NCBI GenBank assembly: GCA_965153285.1 | Contig: OZ229129.1 | Reading direction: 5' to 3' (one strand) | Source: Podarcis tiliguerta | Taxonomy: Eukaryota | DNA length: 64,000 bases | Shown here: positions 10,759 through 22,210 of the stretch, in pieces | Layout: each line of letters opens with the position of its first letter | Position numbering within the stretch: position 1 is the first letter of the stretch | Program-made: the position numbers and the translations under genes | Notes under the pieces: model-generated | What the model saw: only the letters and a program-made list of their open reading frames with translations | Database searches by the model: none | Told to the model about the DNA's origin: nothing

Positions 10759-13745
10759 TCGGGTTACAGTGTGAACAAGCTGTAAGAGCTGATTATTTTC
10801 GCCCAGATAACGTTCCTGTGGGAGTAGCCAGGCCACCGGGCTCTCCATGGATTACTATGCCTCCAGGGAGGAGGCGAAGGCGGCGTAGAGACAGGAGGCA
10901 AAGGCGGGGTTGTCGGGCTGGCGTCCTGGTAAGATTGCAGAGGAGTCCATCTAAACCACCGCTCCCTAGCATATTTCTTGCTAATGTGAGATCTCTTGCC
11001 AACAAGATGGATGAATTGAGGCTGCAGGCAGCAAAGAACAGCCTTGTAAAAGATTGCTGCGTTTTATTTGTCATTGAGACATGGCTTCAACCGTCCATAC
11101 CAGACACAGCTATTCAGTTGGAAGGCTGTGCGGTACATCGTCATGACCGAGGCATGGACTTCGGAAAAACCAAAGGAGGGGGGCTGTGTGTATATGTGAA
11201 CAAATGCTGGTCCAATAATTCGAAGACTGTGGGCAGTCACTGTTCACCGGATTTGGAATATGTGGCTGTTAAATGTAGACCAGCCTATCTCCCTAGGGAG
11301 TTCACAGCTGTTATGTTAACTGGTGTGTACGTGCCACCAGATGCCAATGCCAACCTGGCTTCGGGATGCCTGCAGAGCCTTATCAGCAGCCAGCAAGACA
11401 AGTATCCTGAAGCTGTGCACATCATTGCGGGAGACTTCAACCATGTTGAACTTAAAACAGTGCTCCCAACGCTCTATCAGCATGTGAAATGTCCCACAAG
11501 AGGGGACAAGACACTGGATAAAGTTTATTCGAATGTAAATCACGGCTATAGGGCTTTACAGCTGCCACACTTGGGCCAGTCCGACCATATGTCTCTGTTC
11601 CTGGTACCAGCATATATCCCACTTAGGAAACGGGCTCCCACAATATTAAAATCTGTTAAAATCTGGCCTGAAGGTGCTATTCACCAGCTGCAGGACTGTT
11701 TTGAGAGAACCAATTGGGATATTTTCGATCATACAGACCTGGAGGAACACACGGCGGCAGTTCTGTGCTATATCAATCACTGCACAGACACTGTCACAGT
11801 AAATAAATCCATCCGGTTTTACCCCAATCAGAAACCCTGGATGAATATAGAGGTCCAGTGCCTGTTGCGGGAAAGGAACAGGGCTTTTAGGTCGGGCGAG
11901 GTGCAGCTTTACAGTGTGGCAAGAGCAAACTTGAAGAGGGGTATTCGACGGGCAAAATTGGATTATAGGCTGAGGATTGAGGATAATTTAAGGAGCAACA
12001 ACACAAGACAGATGTGGCAGGGGATTCAGCATATTACCAACTACAAACCTAACCTTGGTGCTGTCGACGGTGACCCTTTGCTGGCGGAGGAGCTTAACCT
12101 CTTCTTTGCTCGCTTCGAGAGGGAGCCACCTGAGACGCCGGTATTACAGCCACCAGCCCATGGGGGCCCCTCATTCACGGTAGAGGAGCATGAGGTGAGA
12201 CAGGTATTGAGGATGGCGAATCCGAGGAAGGCGGCTGGACCTGATGGCATCACTGGAAAGGTGTTGAAGGGCTGTGCGGATCAGCTGGCGAGGGTCTTTA
12301 CTAAGATCTTCAATAAGTCCTTACACCAGTCTATTGTCCCACCCTGCCTGAAGTCGTCAACTATTGTCCCTCTGCCTAAAAAATCCACAATCAGTAGTTT
12401 GAATGACTACAGACCAGTTGCACTGACTCCAATCATCATGAAGTGTTTTGAGAAACTGGTGCGCCGTCACATTATTTCCTGTCTTCCATCAACTTTTGAC
12501 AACCACCAGTTTGCATACAAGGCAAATAGATCCACAGAAGACGCTATCACCACCACTCTCCATGCTGCTCTGTCCCATCTGGAGCAGCCGGGGAGTTATG
12601 TGAGGCTGCTGTTTGTGGATTTTAGCTCTGCTTTTAACACTATCCTCCCCCATAGACTGGTGTCCAAGCTAGAGGCGATTGGACTCTCCAACTCCACCTG
12701 TCTCTGGGTTTTGGATTTTTTGTCAGAACGTTCTCAGAGGGTTAGAGTAGGGTCACATATGTCCACAGCCCTTAGCCTTAACACCGGCTCACCACAGGGT
12801 TGTGTGTTGAGTCCCCTGCTCTATGCTCTCTATACGTATGACTGTACAGCCATCTATTCCAGCAACAAAATCATCAAGTTTGCTGATGACACTACGGTGG
12901 TAGGGCTCATTTCAGGAGGGGATGAGTCCGCCTATCGGGACGAGGTGGAGCGGCTCTGTGTTTGGTGTGGAGAGAACAATCTGGCTCTTAATACGGCTAA
13001 GACCAAGGAATTGGTGGTGGATTACAGAAAAAAAAAGGCGGACATTCAGCCCTTGTATATCAACGGGGAACGGGTGGAGAGGGTGGCGGAATTCAGGTTT
13101 TTGGGAGTAACTATCGATCAGGGCATGACTTGGAGCGCAAATACCACTGCTCTGGTGAAGAAGGCCCAGCAGAGAATTTATTTCCTCAGACTTTTGAAGA
13201 AGAACAATCTGAGTGAGAGACTGCTGGTGTCCTTCTACCGAGGCTCCATAGAGAGCATTCTTACATACTGTATTTGTGCTTGGTTCTCCAGTTGTACAGC
13301 TAGGGAGAGGAAGGTGCTCCAGAAGGTCATAACCACAGCCCAAAGGATTATTGGTCATCCTCTCCCATCTTTGGAAGAACTGTACGGTTCCCGTTGTCTT
13401 AGGAAAGCAAACAACATCCTGCAGGATTCATCTCACCCGGGACACAGTCTGATTGCACTACTGCCTTCTGGCAGGAGATATAGAAACATCAAGTCAAGGA
13501 CAAATAGACTGAAAAACAGTTTCTATCCAAGAGCTGTGGCCTTTTTGAATGCTGTAACTCGATAGTGTGACCTGGGAGTTTGATGGGTGTTGGTGTGGGT
13601 GTGGCTGGAATGTGGTTTGTTTGGTTGTTGTTGTTGTTTTGCTTTTGTTGTTTTTAAGGGATGGCATCCAATTTCGTTGCACTTGTGCAATGTTGCACTT
13701 GTGTAATGACAATAAAGAGTCTATTCTATTCTATTCTATTCTATT
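10759..13745 (+). mobile_element. Rex1/Babar non-LTR retrotransposon, near full length, slightly 5'-truncated
   Basis: Uninterrupted APE+RT ORF, short 3' UTR ending tgacaataaag, (CTATT)5 tail at 13721-13745; precisely interrupts a Sauria SINE. Confidence 0.92.
10857..13565 (+). CDS. Rex1 ORF: AP endonuclease + reverse transcriptase (902 aa from first in-element ATG; frame is open back to the 5' junction)
   Basis: APE motifs LANVRSLANK, ETWL, GDFN, SDH; RT motifs QFAY, DFSSAFN, GSPQGCVLSP, KFADD, FLGV; C-terminal KKAQQRIYFLR; no stops or frameshifts. Confidence 0.93.
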   Translation: MPPGRRRRRRRDRRQRRGCRAGVLVRLQRSPSKPPLPSIFLANVRSLANKMDELRLQAAKNSLVKDCCVLFVIETWLQPSIPDTAIQLEGCAVHRHDRGMDFGKTKGGGLCVYVNKCWSNNSKTVGSHCSPDLEYVAVKCRPAYLPREFTAVMLTGVYVPPDANANLASGCLQSLISSQQDKYPEAVHIIAGDFNHVELKTVLPTLYQHVKCPTRGDKTLDKVYSNVNHGYRALQLPHLGQSDHMSLFLVPAYIPLRKRAPTILKSVKIWPEGAIHQLQDCFERTNWDIFDHTDLEEHTAAVLCYINHCTDTVTVNKSIRFYPNQKPWMNIEVQCLLRERNRAFRSGEVQLYSVARANLKRGIRRAKLDYRLRIEDNLRSNNTRQMWQGIQHITNYKPNLGAVDGDPLLAEELNLFFARFEREPPETPVLQPPAHGGPSFTVEEHEVRQVLRMANPRKAAGPDGITGKVLKGCADQLARVFTKIFNKSLHQSIVPPCLKSSTIVPLPKKSTISSLNDYRPVALTPIIMKCFEKLVRRHIISCLPSTFDNHQFAYKANRSTEDAITTTLHAALSHLEQPGSYVRLLFVDFSSAFNTILPHRLVSKLEAIGLSNSTCLWVLDFLSERSQRVRVGSHMSTALSLNTGSPQGCVLSPLLYALYTYDCTAIYSSNKIIKFADDTTVVGLISGGDESAYRDEVERLCVWCGENNLALNTAKTKELVVDYRKKKADIQPLYINGERVERVAEFRFLGVTIDQGMTWSANTTALVKKAQQRIYFLRLLKKNNLSERLLVSFYRGSIESILTYCICAWFSSCTARERKVLQKVITTAQRIIGHPLPSLEELYGSRCLRKANNILQDSSHPGHSLIALLPSGRRYRNIKSRTNRLKNSFYPRAVAFLNAVTR

Positions 13746-13871
13746 CTTTGTCATGCTGGCCACATGACCCGGAAGCTGTACGCCGACTCCCTCAGCCAGT
13801 AAAGCGAGATGAACGCCTCAACCCCAGAGTCGGCCATGACTGGACCTAATGGTCAGGGGTCCCTTTATCTT
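13746..13871 (+). mobile_element. Sauria SINE, 3' half
   Basis: gtcatgctggccacatgacccggaagc...caggggtccctttatcttta followed by the right TSD. Confidence 0.93.
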
Positions 13872-14334
13872 TACCCTCTTCCTATACAGATATTAAAGGT
13901 GCAGGAATCCTGTCCCTCTTTGTTTAGAAGATAGTGATTTATTTTGAAGATTTTTAAACAGCTTGATCAAAAAGTTATGCAAGCAGCATACTAACAATAT
14001 TGTAGATAAAATACAGCTAAAATCCACAAACCAATTATACAATAATAATAATAAAAAAATATCAATATAAAATCTATTTCCCCCCGAATTACATTTTACT
14101 GAGTTTTGCAGTATTTTTTTTATAGGCATGTAACACATTCATAACAACAGCAACACAAAACCAAAATAACACTATAGTGTAGTGCATGCCCCCACTTCCA
14201 AAGAAATTACCAGAAATGTTTACAAATACAGGTTTTAACAAAGACCAGTGTAACAAGGTTAGGACCCCAAACATTTTGGCAAGAGATCAAACAAAAATTA
14301 TTTTGGGGCTTCTGGAAGCCTCACTATCCAGATT

Positions 14335-14665
14335 GGACCTCATCTGCACCATAAATTTAAAGCAGTATCATACTACCTTAAGCAGTCATGGCTTCCCTCA
14401 GTGAACCCTGGAAATTATAATTTATTAATTCTAAGAACAAAGAGTTGTTAGAACCCTATTCCCCTTGCAGATGAGCAACTCCCAGATTGATTTAATGGAA
14501 CTCTCAGAACTGTAGCTCTGTGAGGGATGAAAACCATGTCCTAACAATTATTAACATCCTTAATATATTTCCCAGGATTCTTTGAGGGAAGCCAGAGTGA
14601 AATAAGTGTATCATAGTGTCAAAGTGATATGGCATTGCCTTAAACCTATAGCACAGATGGGGCCT
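14335..14665. mobile_element. Palindromic MITE, possibly PIF/Harbinger-type
   Basis: Imperfect TIRs ggacctcatctgcaccata / tatagcacagatggggcc and internal inverted segments (ggcttccctca / tgagggaagcc). Confidence 0.6.
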
Positions 14666-15582
14666 TTGTCTTAGTGTATAGGATGCCAGATGGCCATGGA
14701 ATTGTCTTTGAATTTGTCTCCTCTTCAAAATCCATTTGCTGCTGTCAGTTTTCCCATTAACACTATCTCCCAGACCTTTGGCCACCACCCCTGTAGAGTG
14801 AATGAATTATAATGTCAGTTAAAAAAAAAAAAAAAAGGTAGCTATATTATGTGGCTGGGTAGGATTGCTGACACAAAGTAAGTTTTCAGCAGGAGTCTGA
14901 AAGTGTGGCCTCTGGCTGCCCTAACACTCCCTTCACTGCTTTCACAAGCACACATTAGATTCCAGCTGCACATGTCTAGCTATGTGTACTCAGATGTAGC
15001 AAATTCAGTGGGGTTGTCTTTCACATATGTAGGGCACAGATTGCAGCTCCTGTTACCATTTTCATCATCTTCAAATTGCCCGCTTAAAAAAACACCACCA
15101 CCATAGGAGTTGTATCCAATTCTAGCCCTAATCAAAGTAAACCCTTTGAAATTAATAGACATCACTTACTTAGGCCTGTTAGCTTCAGTGGGTTTTCACT
15201 GAGCAGAATGAGCTTTGTGGAAAATCCTAAAACTTGGGCACTATCCCATGTTGTCTGTTCCACATTGTATGGTGATGTTCAGGTTAGAATATTATATTAG
15301 AATCTTTGGTTCTCATACTGATGTTTATCTTCCTCTTTTATTTTTTTTAATGAATAGTATATGTGAGGAGACCTGATCTAGACTGAGAATGCTATTTGGG
15401 GAAGGAATTTTATAACCCCCTTTCCCCTGCAATATTTTCCCATTGTGTGAAAGGCACCTTCTTCCTAAGGTCTCACCAAGCTGCTGTTTGCTCACAGTGC
15501 TGTCATTTACTGTAAAACCATGTGCCAGGAGCAAATAGCAGCTTTAAGGTGGGGGGGGGGGATTTTACAGGAAGATGCCTTG

Positions 15583-15720
15583 CATACCCTCCAACATTTC
15601 TCCAATGAAAATAGGGATGTCCTAAGGAAAAGTGGGACATTTCAGGATCAAATCAAAAACTAAGATAACTTCTGTAAATACAGGACTGTCCTTGGAAAAT
15701 AGGCACACTTGGAGGGTCTG
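15583..15720. mobile_element. Short hAT-like MITE
   Basis: TIRs cataccctccaa / ttggagggtctg with repeated gggac-like subterminal motifs; no clean TSD. Confidence 0.55.
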
Positions 15721-15959
15721 ACCTTCTGCATTGTGATATAACCAGTGCACACATTCAAATTGAAGTCTCTAGCAAACTGTCCATGTGCAAATTCTGAAAA
15801 TGATTTCAGAAATTTGCAAGTTGACTCAGAAAGGAGGAGGAGTGGTGCATAAGTGGGGCAGTAGATCATGCTTTTTCATCCACCCTCTTTTTATTTAAAA
15901 AAGTGAGCTCTCCACCTAGAGTTGTCATGCAGAATAGGGCTGGTTTTGTCAGTCTTGAA

Positions 15960-16185
15960 TGATTCCTTGGGTGGTGGCCGGCTGTGCCGTGGTTAGATCA
16001 CCCGCGGCCACACACACCCTGAAAGCTGATTGCCTGGGGCTGTCCCACAGAGGGAAAAACCCTAGCAACAATGACGCGGCCAGCATGACGCAGGGGAGAG
16101 GCATCATTGCTCCGCCCCTTAGGCCAGTAAGCTGTTTTGACCCGGCTGCCCAGCCACAAAGCTGCCCAACAGGAAAAGGTGAGCG
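15960..16185 (+). promoter_or_regulatory. Candidate promoter/enhancer with possible short first exon
   Basis: Local CpG enrichment; RFX half X-box cctagcaac 16061-16069; two TGACG CRE half-sites 16072 and 16086; GC box tccgcccc 16111; donor-like AAG|GTGAGC at 16178/16179. Confidence 0.4.
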
Positions 16186-17207
16186 GACTTGTGCTGAGAT
16201 CTTTAGTTATCTTTGAGGCATAGATTTTACATGCTCCCAGAGATTAAATTTTTGAGCCCATTGTGTTACTGGCTCATTTTCCAACAGACTTTGCTCACAG
16301 CAGCATACCAGAATCTCTTTTAAATGGCATTATACAAATAAAATCCTGGATCCTAGTATTGTCTTGAAAAAAGATTGTGTGCACTCTGCATTCTCCACAG
16401 ACCATACTGTTTGTTTGTGGCTGCTTACATTCTATTTTATAGTCTCAGGATGCTCTCAGTGCAGCTTACAAAAGAGTCTTGCAACAAAAATAGCATTCAA
16501 GTTTAGTTTCAGGAACAGAGAAAAACATGCTGGCCCTGTGATATAAGAGTGATTCATTTCCTGCCCTGGGCCTTCACTGGTCTCACCCTCAGCCTCCACC
16601 AACTAGGCAGCAGAGCCCACTAAAGGCAACATAGTGGGGCTGAATAGTTGGATCCCACTCAGCCTGTGTTGAAATCAAATTTCCCCTTTCTGTCAGCTGC
16701 CTGGCAACAGTTCCCAAAGAAGATCTCTGAGGCAAGCATGTGGGACCAAGCAGATGGAACTTGTTCAGTCCACAGTGGACTTTGATTCCCTAGATGTCAC
16801 AATCAGTGATTCATTTGGGGCCAAAACAGACGCTCATTTTCAAACCCTGATTAAACATCTAGTCAGGAAGGTGGGATGGAAGGATAGGCACATCTCATTT
16901 CCACCACCTAACTGTATGGACTGTGCAAGGCCCCTGAATCACTTTGAAGTGCTGAATTGATCCCAGAACTGGATCAGGCAGCCTGCTAGTTTTCAAGTAG
17001 TTTTTCTTGTGGTTAGAGGGCTTGCTTATGTGGAAGAAGGAACTCAGAAGTCATGCTGAGCATGTAGATTTCCATCTGCAGTGTCAGAAAGCAGCAACAA
17101 AGGATTTTCAGATGATTTATGTGTTATCCCCCTCCTTACGTCTAGATAAAATATGAAGGGGCAATTCATGTATTGCTTCCATCACCACTTACTGGTAAGG
17201 TGTAGAG

Positions 17208-17343
17208 CAAGCATAGGCAAACTCGGCCCTCCAGATGTTTTGGGACTACAGTTCCCATCATCCCTGACCACTGGTCCTGTTAGCTAGGGATTGTGGGAGT
17301 TGTAGGCCAAAAACATCTGGAAGGCTGAGTTTGCCTATGCCTG
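17208..17343. mobile_element. URR1-like hAT MITE (best copy; degenerate copies near 3225-3360, 4205-4305, 8030-8160, 27990-28115, 39855-39985, 43215-43350, 52795-52925, 54880-55005, 56055-56170)
   Basis: TIRs ca(a)gcataggcaaact / agtttgcctatgcctg; palindromic core ggactaca..tcccatca...tgggagttgtag. Confidence 0.8.
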
Positions 17344-18807
17344 AGCCTATTTGTGTAGTTATCTTGAATGCTGGGTTACATAGGGAAAATAACTGTATTG
17401 ACATTGGAATTCTACTGAATCTGTCTGTATGAGTAGATCATACATTTGGTTTTTTTTTCTAGTAGGAAAAAGAAAATTATTGCACATAGAAAAATAGTAG
17501 ATAAGGGGAAATATTAGCCTAGTATCCTTCATTCTGAGGTGCTTGTTTTCTTTGTTCAGGAAGTTGTGTGTGTTGTAAGGAACCATGGAAATAATATGAT
17601 CTCCAGGTACAGTTCAGAACCATTACCCCATCATGCAATTAATCCAAGCCAAGTGATAATTATGCAGACTTTATTTTCTCATAAATTAAATTTGAAAGAC
17701 GGATTTTATCTTTCATTTTTTGCTTGTGTCAGAGGCAGTGAACTTATTCCTGTAGTTTTGGATGAATCACACATTCCTCTCAGGGGTTAAGTATCTCATC
17801 AAATGGCCTTATCCATTTTATTGCCCATTTTAATTTTATTTTCTCTCCCCCCCCCCCTCTTTGGTATTTAACATCATTAAATATTTGTGGATACAGGAGA
17901 GCATATGCAATGACTGCCTGAAATATTTTGCCCTCAGCAGTTACAGAGGGCTGATTTACTAGGCTGCCTTAGCACCCAAAAAATTTTCCTTACAAAAGAG
18001 GCTCAGTTGCTCATGTTCTCCTTTACTGTAATTTTTATAGGGATATAAGACCCTTTTTAATCTCCCCACTATTTTTTCTAAACTTGGAGAACTCAGATGA
18101 ATTTGATGTTTCAGTGTTAATGGCAGATACCAACTCTAAGAACGCAAAAATATAGCCAAATTCTTTGCTGTAGCCATCAAAACTAGGTCACAATTATTAA
18201 AGGAAAGATAAGTTCTGTGTCAAAATTGTCTGCATTTTTACTTGTTTCTGATTGTTTACAAAATTTGTTATGCTCTCTTTTCAGAAGGTAAATGTTCTGC
18301 ATATATATTTAGCCTTCTCATTTGTTTGCCATGGTTGTCTTGATAACCCTACACTGTATTTGATGTATATGGTTTGCAGACTATAACTCGATAGAGGCTG
18401 GATTTGGCATAGTTGCTATGATAGAGATTATTTTTTAATGCTGTCTCTCCACTTGCCAAAAGATGGCAGTAGAAGCTTACAGTCCAGAGCTTAGTAGACA
18501 CTATTTGAACAAGTAATTATCTACCAAGCAGCAATTAGGTATTATGGAAGGCATGTTTCTTTCATTCCTGCAGTATGAAATGAATCTTCAAAGGACACAT
18601 TCTTAAAGTTATAAACCTCCTTAGGGGAAAAAAGTTATCCCTGTAGATATTAGGTGTGTGTGTTTGTGTTAGTATTCACTTTCCTTGCTGTTTAGTGTTT
18701 AGCTTTCCCTGTTGTGGACAATATTGTGGGTTTCAATCTATTTCACACTATCTTTTTGACTCTATTTCTGGATCCTGTAAGTGTTAGAATTTAATCAAGG
18801 TTTGGGA

Positions 18808-19282
18808 TGTTACGATGGTTGCCAGGCTTCTCTAATCCCTGGATCCAGCAAGTGTTAAAAGCTAATTAAGCCAGGCTAGTTTCCTGTGTTGAGATGAGTG
18901 CCTGGATGATGAGCCATTAAAAGAACAAAGAATCAAAGGGCTCCTGCGAGATGGAAAATAGGTGCCTCCCCTCCCTCAGCAAATAAAGAGAGAGTTGAGA
19001 GTTAGCTGCTGTTTGAGCTAGAAGATGGAGGCAAAAGCAGCAAGATGGAAAGCCAGGGAGGCAGAGAATGATGTTTGAAGTCTGTCTGAATCCAAGGCTT
19101 CAGCTATGGGAGAAGCAGGACCCTCTTGGAGTGTAATACTGGAAACCCCTCCATCATAGGCTCAAGTTGCATATATGTGTAAATAAACAGTATATTGTGA
19201 AGTTACCACAGTCTGTGCTGTGTGAACCCTGAGTAAGCACCTGGATTCTCATGCCACTCTGAGATTGAAGTGGTGTGCAACA
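18808..19282 (+). mobile_element. Old solo LTR-like element (same family as 41068-41650 and 63792-64000)
   Basis: TG...CA ends; shares ccctggat, aagccaggct, gatgagccattaa with the other copies; TSD not preserved. Confidence 0.6.
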
Positions 19283-19514
19283 CTATGAAACAATTAGCAT
19301 TCTAAATAAATTGTTTCAAGTTGAATTTAGAAATGGGACATAAATAAGTCAAGGTGAAATTAATTTGCATTGGTTGGGATAACTGTCCAGTCTACACTCC
19401 TGTGTAGTAAAAGCTATAGCAAGTGTCCAATTATTTTAAGGGAGGAAGGGGGAGAGATGGTGATGCTGAACAATCTGTCTGGAACCACCATCATTGGAAA
19501 CCAACATTTCCTCA

Positions 19515-20065
19515 GTGAGTCAGACCATTGGTCTATGTAGCTCAGTATTGTCTACATGGGTGGCACTGTGGTCTAAATCGCTGAGCCTCTCGGGCTTGCT
19601 GATCAGGAAGTCGGTGGGTTGAATTCCCGCAAAGGGGTGAGCTCCTGTTGCTTAATCCCAGCTCCTGCCAACCTAGCAGTTCAAAAGCACACCAAAAAGT
19701 GCAAGTAGATCAATAGGTACCACTCCAGCGGGAAGGTGAATGGCGTTTCCATGTGCTGCTCTGGTTTCACCAGAAGGAGCTTAGTCATGCTGGCCACATG
19801 ACCCGGAAAAACTGTCTGCGGATAAACGCCGGCTCCCTCGGCCTGTAAAGCAAGATGAGCACTCCAACCCCAGAGTCGTTCATGATTGGACTTAACTGTC
19901 AGGGGTCCTTTACCTTTACCTTTACCTTTTATTGTCTACATTATCTGACTGTAGCTCTTTACAGTATCAGGTCTGTCTTCCATTGTTACTTGGAAATGCT
20001 GGTGATTGAACTTGGGACTTTCTGTATGCTAAGCAGGTGCTCTGTAACTGAGCTATAGCCCTTCC
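19515..20065 (-). mobile_element. tRNA-derived SINE (old), interrupted by a Sauria SINE
   Basis: Reverse tRNA head (ttgaacttgggac...actgagctatagccc) and tail agtcagaccattggtc..tagctcagtattgtctaca. Confidence 0.65.
19558..19929 (+). mobile_element. Sauria SINE, full length
   Basis: Typical head and body, (ACCTTT)n tail, 12-bp TSD tattgtctacat (19546-19557 / 19930-19941). Confidence 0.93.
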
Positions 20066-21099
20066 CCTTCTTAAGGGGTTCAGAAATGCTGTGCCATATA
20101 TTTCAGGCTGTGTGGCACTGTGCATTTACTGGACCCTTCCATAGTTGTGATGGAAAATAAGCAGAGTTCCAAGGAACGTTCACTGTGTCATCCAGCAAAT
20201 AAATGCAGTTTACAATGTGATCAGTGCAATAGCTTATCCTCTGAGCTCACCTATTTGACCACCTGGGAAATATTTACATGAGCGTTCTGTAATTTGGAAC
20301 TGTGGATATGTTGGAGATGCCAGGGACTAAGTCTTTAGCTCCAATGATTTGGTTTTTAAGATTTGTTAAGGTGTGTTGTTGAGAACTTTTTTTCCCCATT
20401 TCCATTTTGGTAGATGGGCATTTTGAAGGAAGTCAGAACAATGCCATCTTCAGACGATGGGGGGGGGGAATCCAATGTATTAATCAAGTAGAGTTAGGAA
20501 TTTCCAAATGATTATGCAGTTTCCAAATGATTTTGGTTGATTCCTCTGTCTTTCTGTGCAAAGGGATATTGTCATTATAACTGAATTTTGATTTTTTGAA
20601 TTATGAAACAGTGACCAATTTTTAATTTTCTGGAGTATGTTGAGAAATCACACACACTTTGGTGCAGATTCCCCCCCCCCATTTGAACACTTAAAAATGT
20701 GTTTTGGAAGCTCTAGGGGAGGCAAAATGTTCCAGAGCTATATCACATTATGCATGATGGAGAAAGTGGATTCAGAAGTGTTTTCTCCTTTTCTGAACAC
20801 TTGAATTCAGTGTCATCCAAAGAAATTGATCGGCAGTAGAATCAAAACAGACAAAGAAAACCAATTCCTGCAGTACATAATTATCTTAACAGAATTCAAT
20901 GCTACAAGTAGTAGAGATGACCATTGCTTGGATAACTTTAAAAGCAGTTGGATCACCTCATTTTCTACAGGTTAAGAGGATGTTAAAGGAAAAAGAACAG
21001 AAACGCGAGCTTCTGGCCAAGTGGCAAATCTAATTTCACACACTTCACAGAGGTTGCGCTATGAAGCAAAAAGAGAGGCTTGACCATTCAGCATTATTA

Positions 21100-22210
21100 G
21101 TTACTATTATTACTTAATAAATTTCTATCCTGCCCTTCACTCGAGGATACAATATAGAAACACAAAAAAAATACATAACAGAGTAAGAAACAAAAACAAT
21201 AGCCCTCCTCCCAGTTTAAAAGGCAATGGCTTGTATAATAAATGAAAGGCTTGGGAGAAGAAGAATATTTTTGCCTGCTGCCTAAAGGTATATAAAGAAG
21301 GCAGCAGGTGAGCCTCCTTGGGGAGAGCATTCCACAACCTTGGAGCCACCACAGAACAGGCCCGCTCTAATGTTGCTGCCCTCTGGAGCTCTCACAGAAG
21401 TGGCACACAAAGAAAGGCCTCAGATGATGATTGCAGGCATCGTATCAGTTCAAATGATGTTCATCATATCAGTTCAGAGGGGATCCTATTAAAAGCCACT
21501 GAGAGGTTGAGGAGGTTTTACAGGGACACCTTTCCCCCGTGTCCCTCCCAGCAGAGGTCATCATACAGGGCAACAAAAACATTTTCTGTGCCAAAATCAG
21601 GGCTAAACCCTGATTGAAATGGTTCTAGAAAATAATATGTTGAAGTCTCCCAGAAGTAGCACTGGGAGTGCTCAACACTGCCTCTGAGACCAGCTCTGTC
21701 AGCTTATGCAGGGAGACTGCTGGGCAATGAGGTGGGCAGTAAACCAGCAAAATCCCTAATCTGTTCCAATTGCCCAATGCCAGGAACATATATTTGTTCC
21801 CCACCCTCCAGCTGGACAGAGAACCAAGAGAGAGAGAGGTGAGCAACTCCCCACTCCCAACTATCAAGTCTACCGTGATGCTGCACCAAATACCCAGGTG
21901 GGCACAGCTCCAACTCCACCCTGCTCACCCACCCAGGTCTCAGTGATACAGACCAGATCAGCCCCCTCATCCACAATCAGGTCATGGATGAGGGAGGTCT
22001 TATTCAGAGCCAACCTGGCATTCAGCAACAGCAGCCGCAGACCCAAGGGCTGACTGATAGGACAACCACAATTCCCCAGGTAGGAGGAGGGGCTGGCACA
22101 CAATGCAGTCACTAACTGCCTGTGGCATGTGCCCCTTACCTGGCCTGCCCCGCTTCCTAAACTATACTGCAGTTGGGGCTTCCCTGCTCTCCTCCCAGAC
22201 ACATAAGACA
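21100..22210 (-). mobile_element. L2-clade LINE remnant with large internal deletions
   Basis: Minus strand: APE start LRLLLLNAR...DLVCITETW and GDFN, abutting RT segment L(E)PFQSGF, abutting 3' end VAPRLWNALP and 3' UTR. Confidence 0.75.

Noticed and set aside
10731-10856. ORF-track start of the 944-aa ORF
   Set aside because: The GTG lies in SINE sequence upstream of the LINE junction, so it is not the native start
12912-13358. 148-aa antisense ORF in Rex1
   Set aside because: Shadow of the sense coding frame, no recognisable motifs
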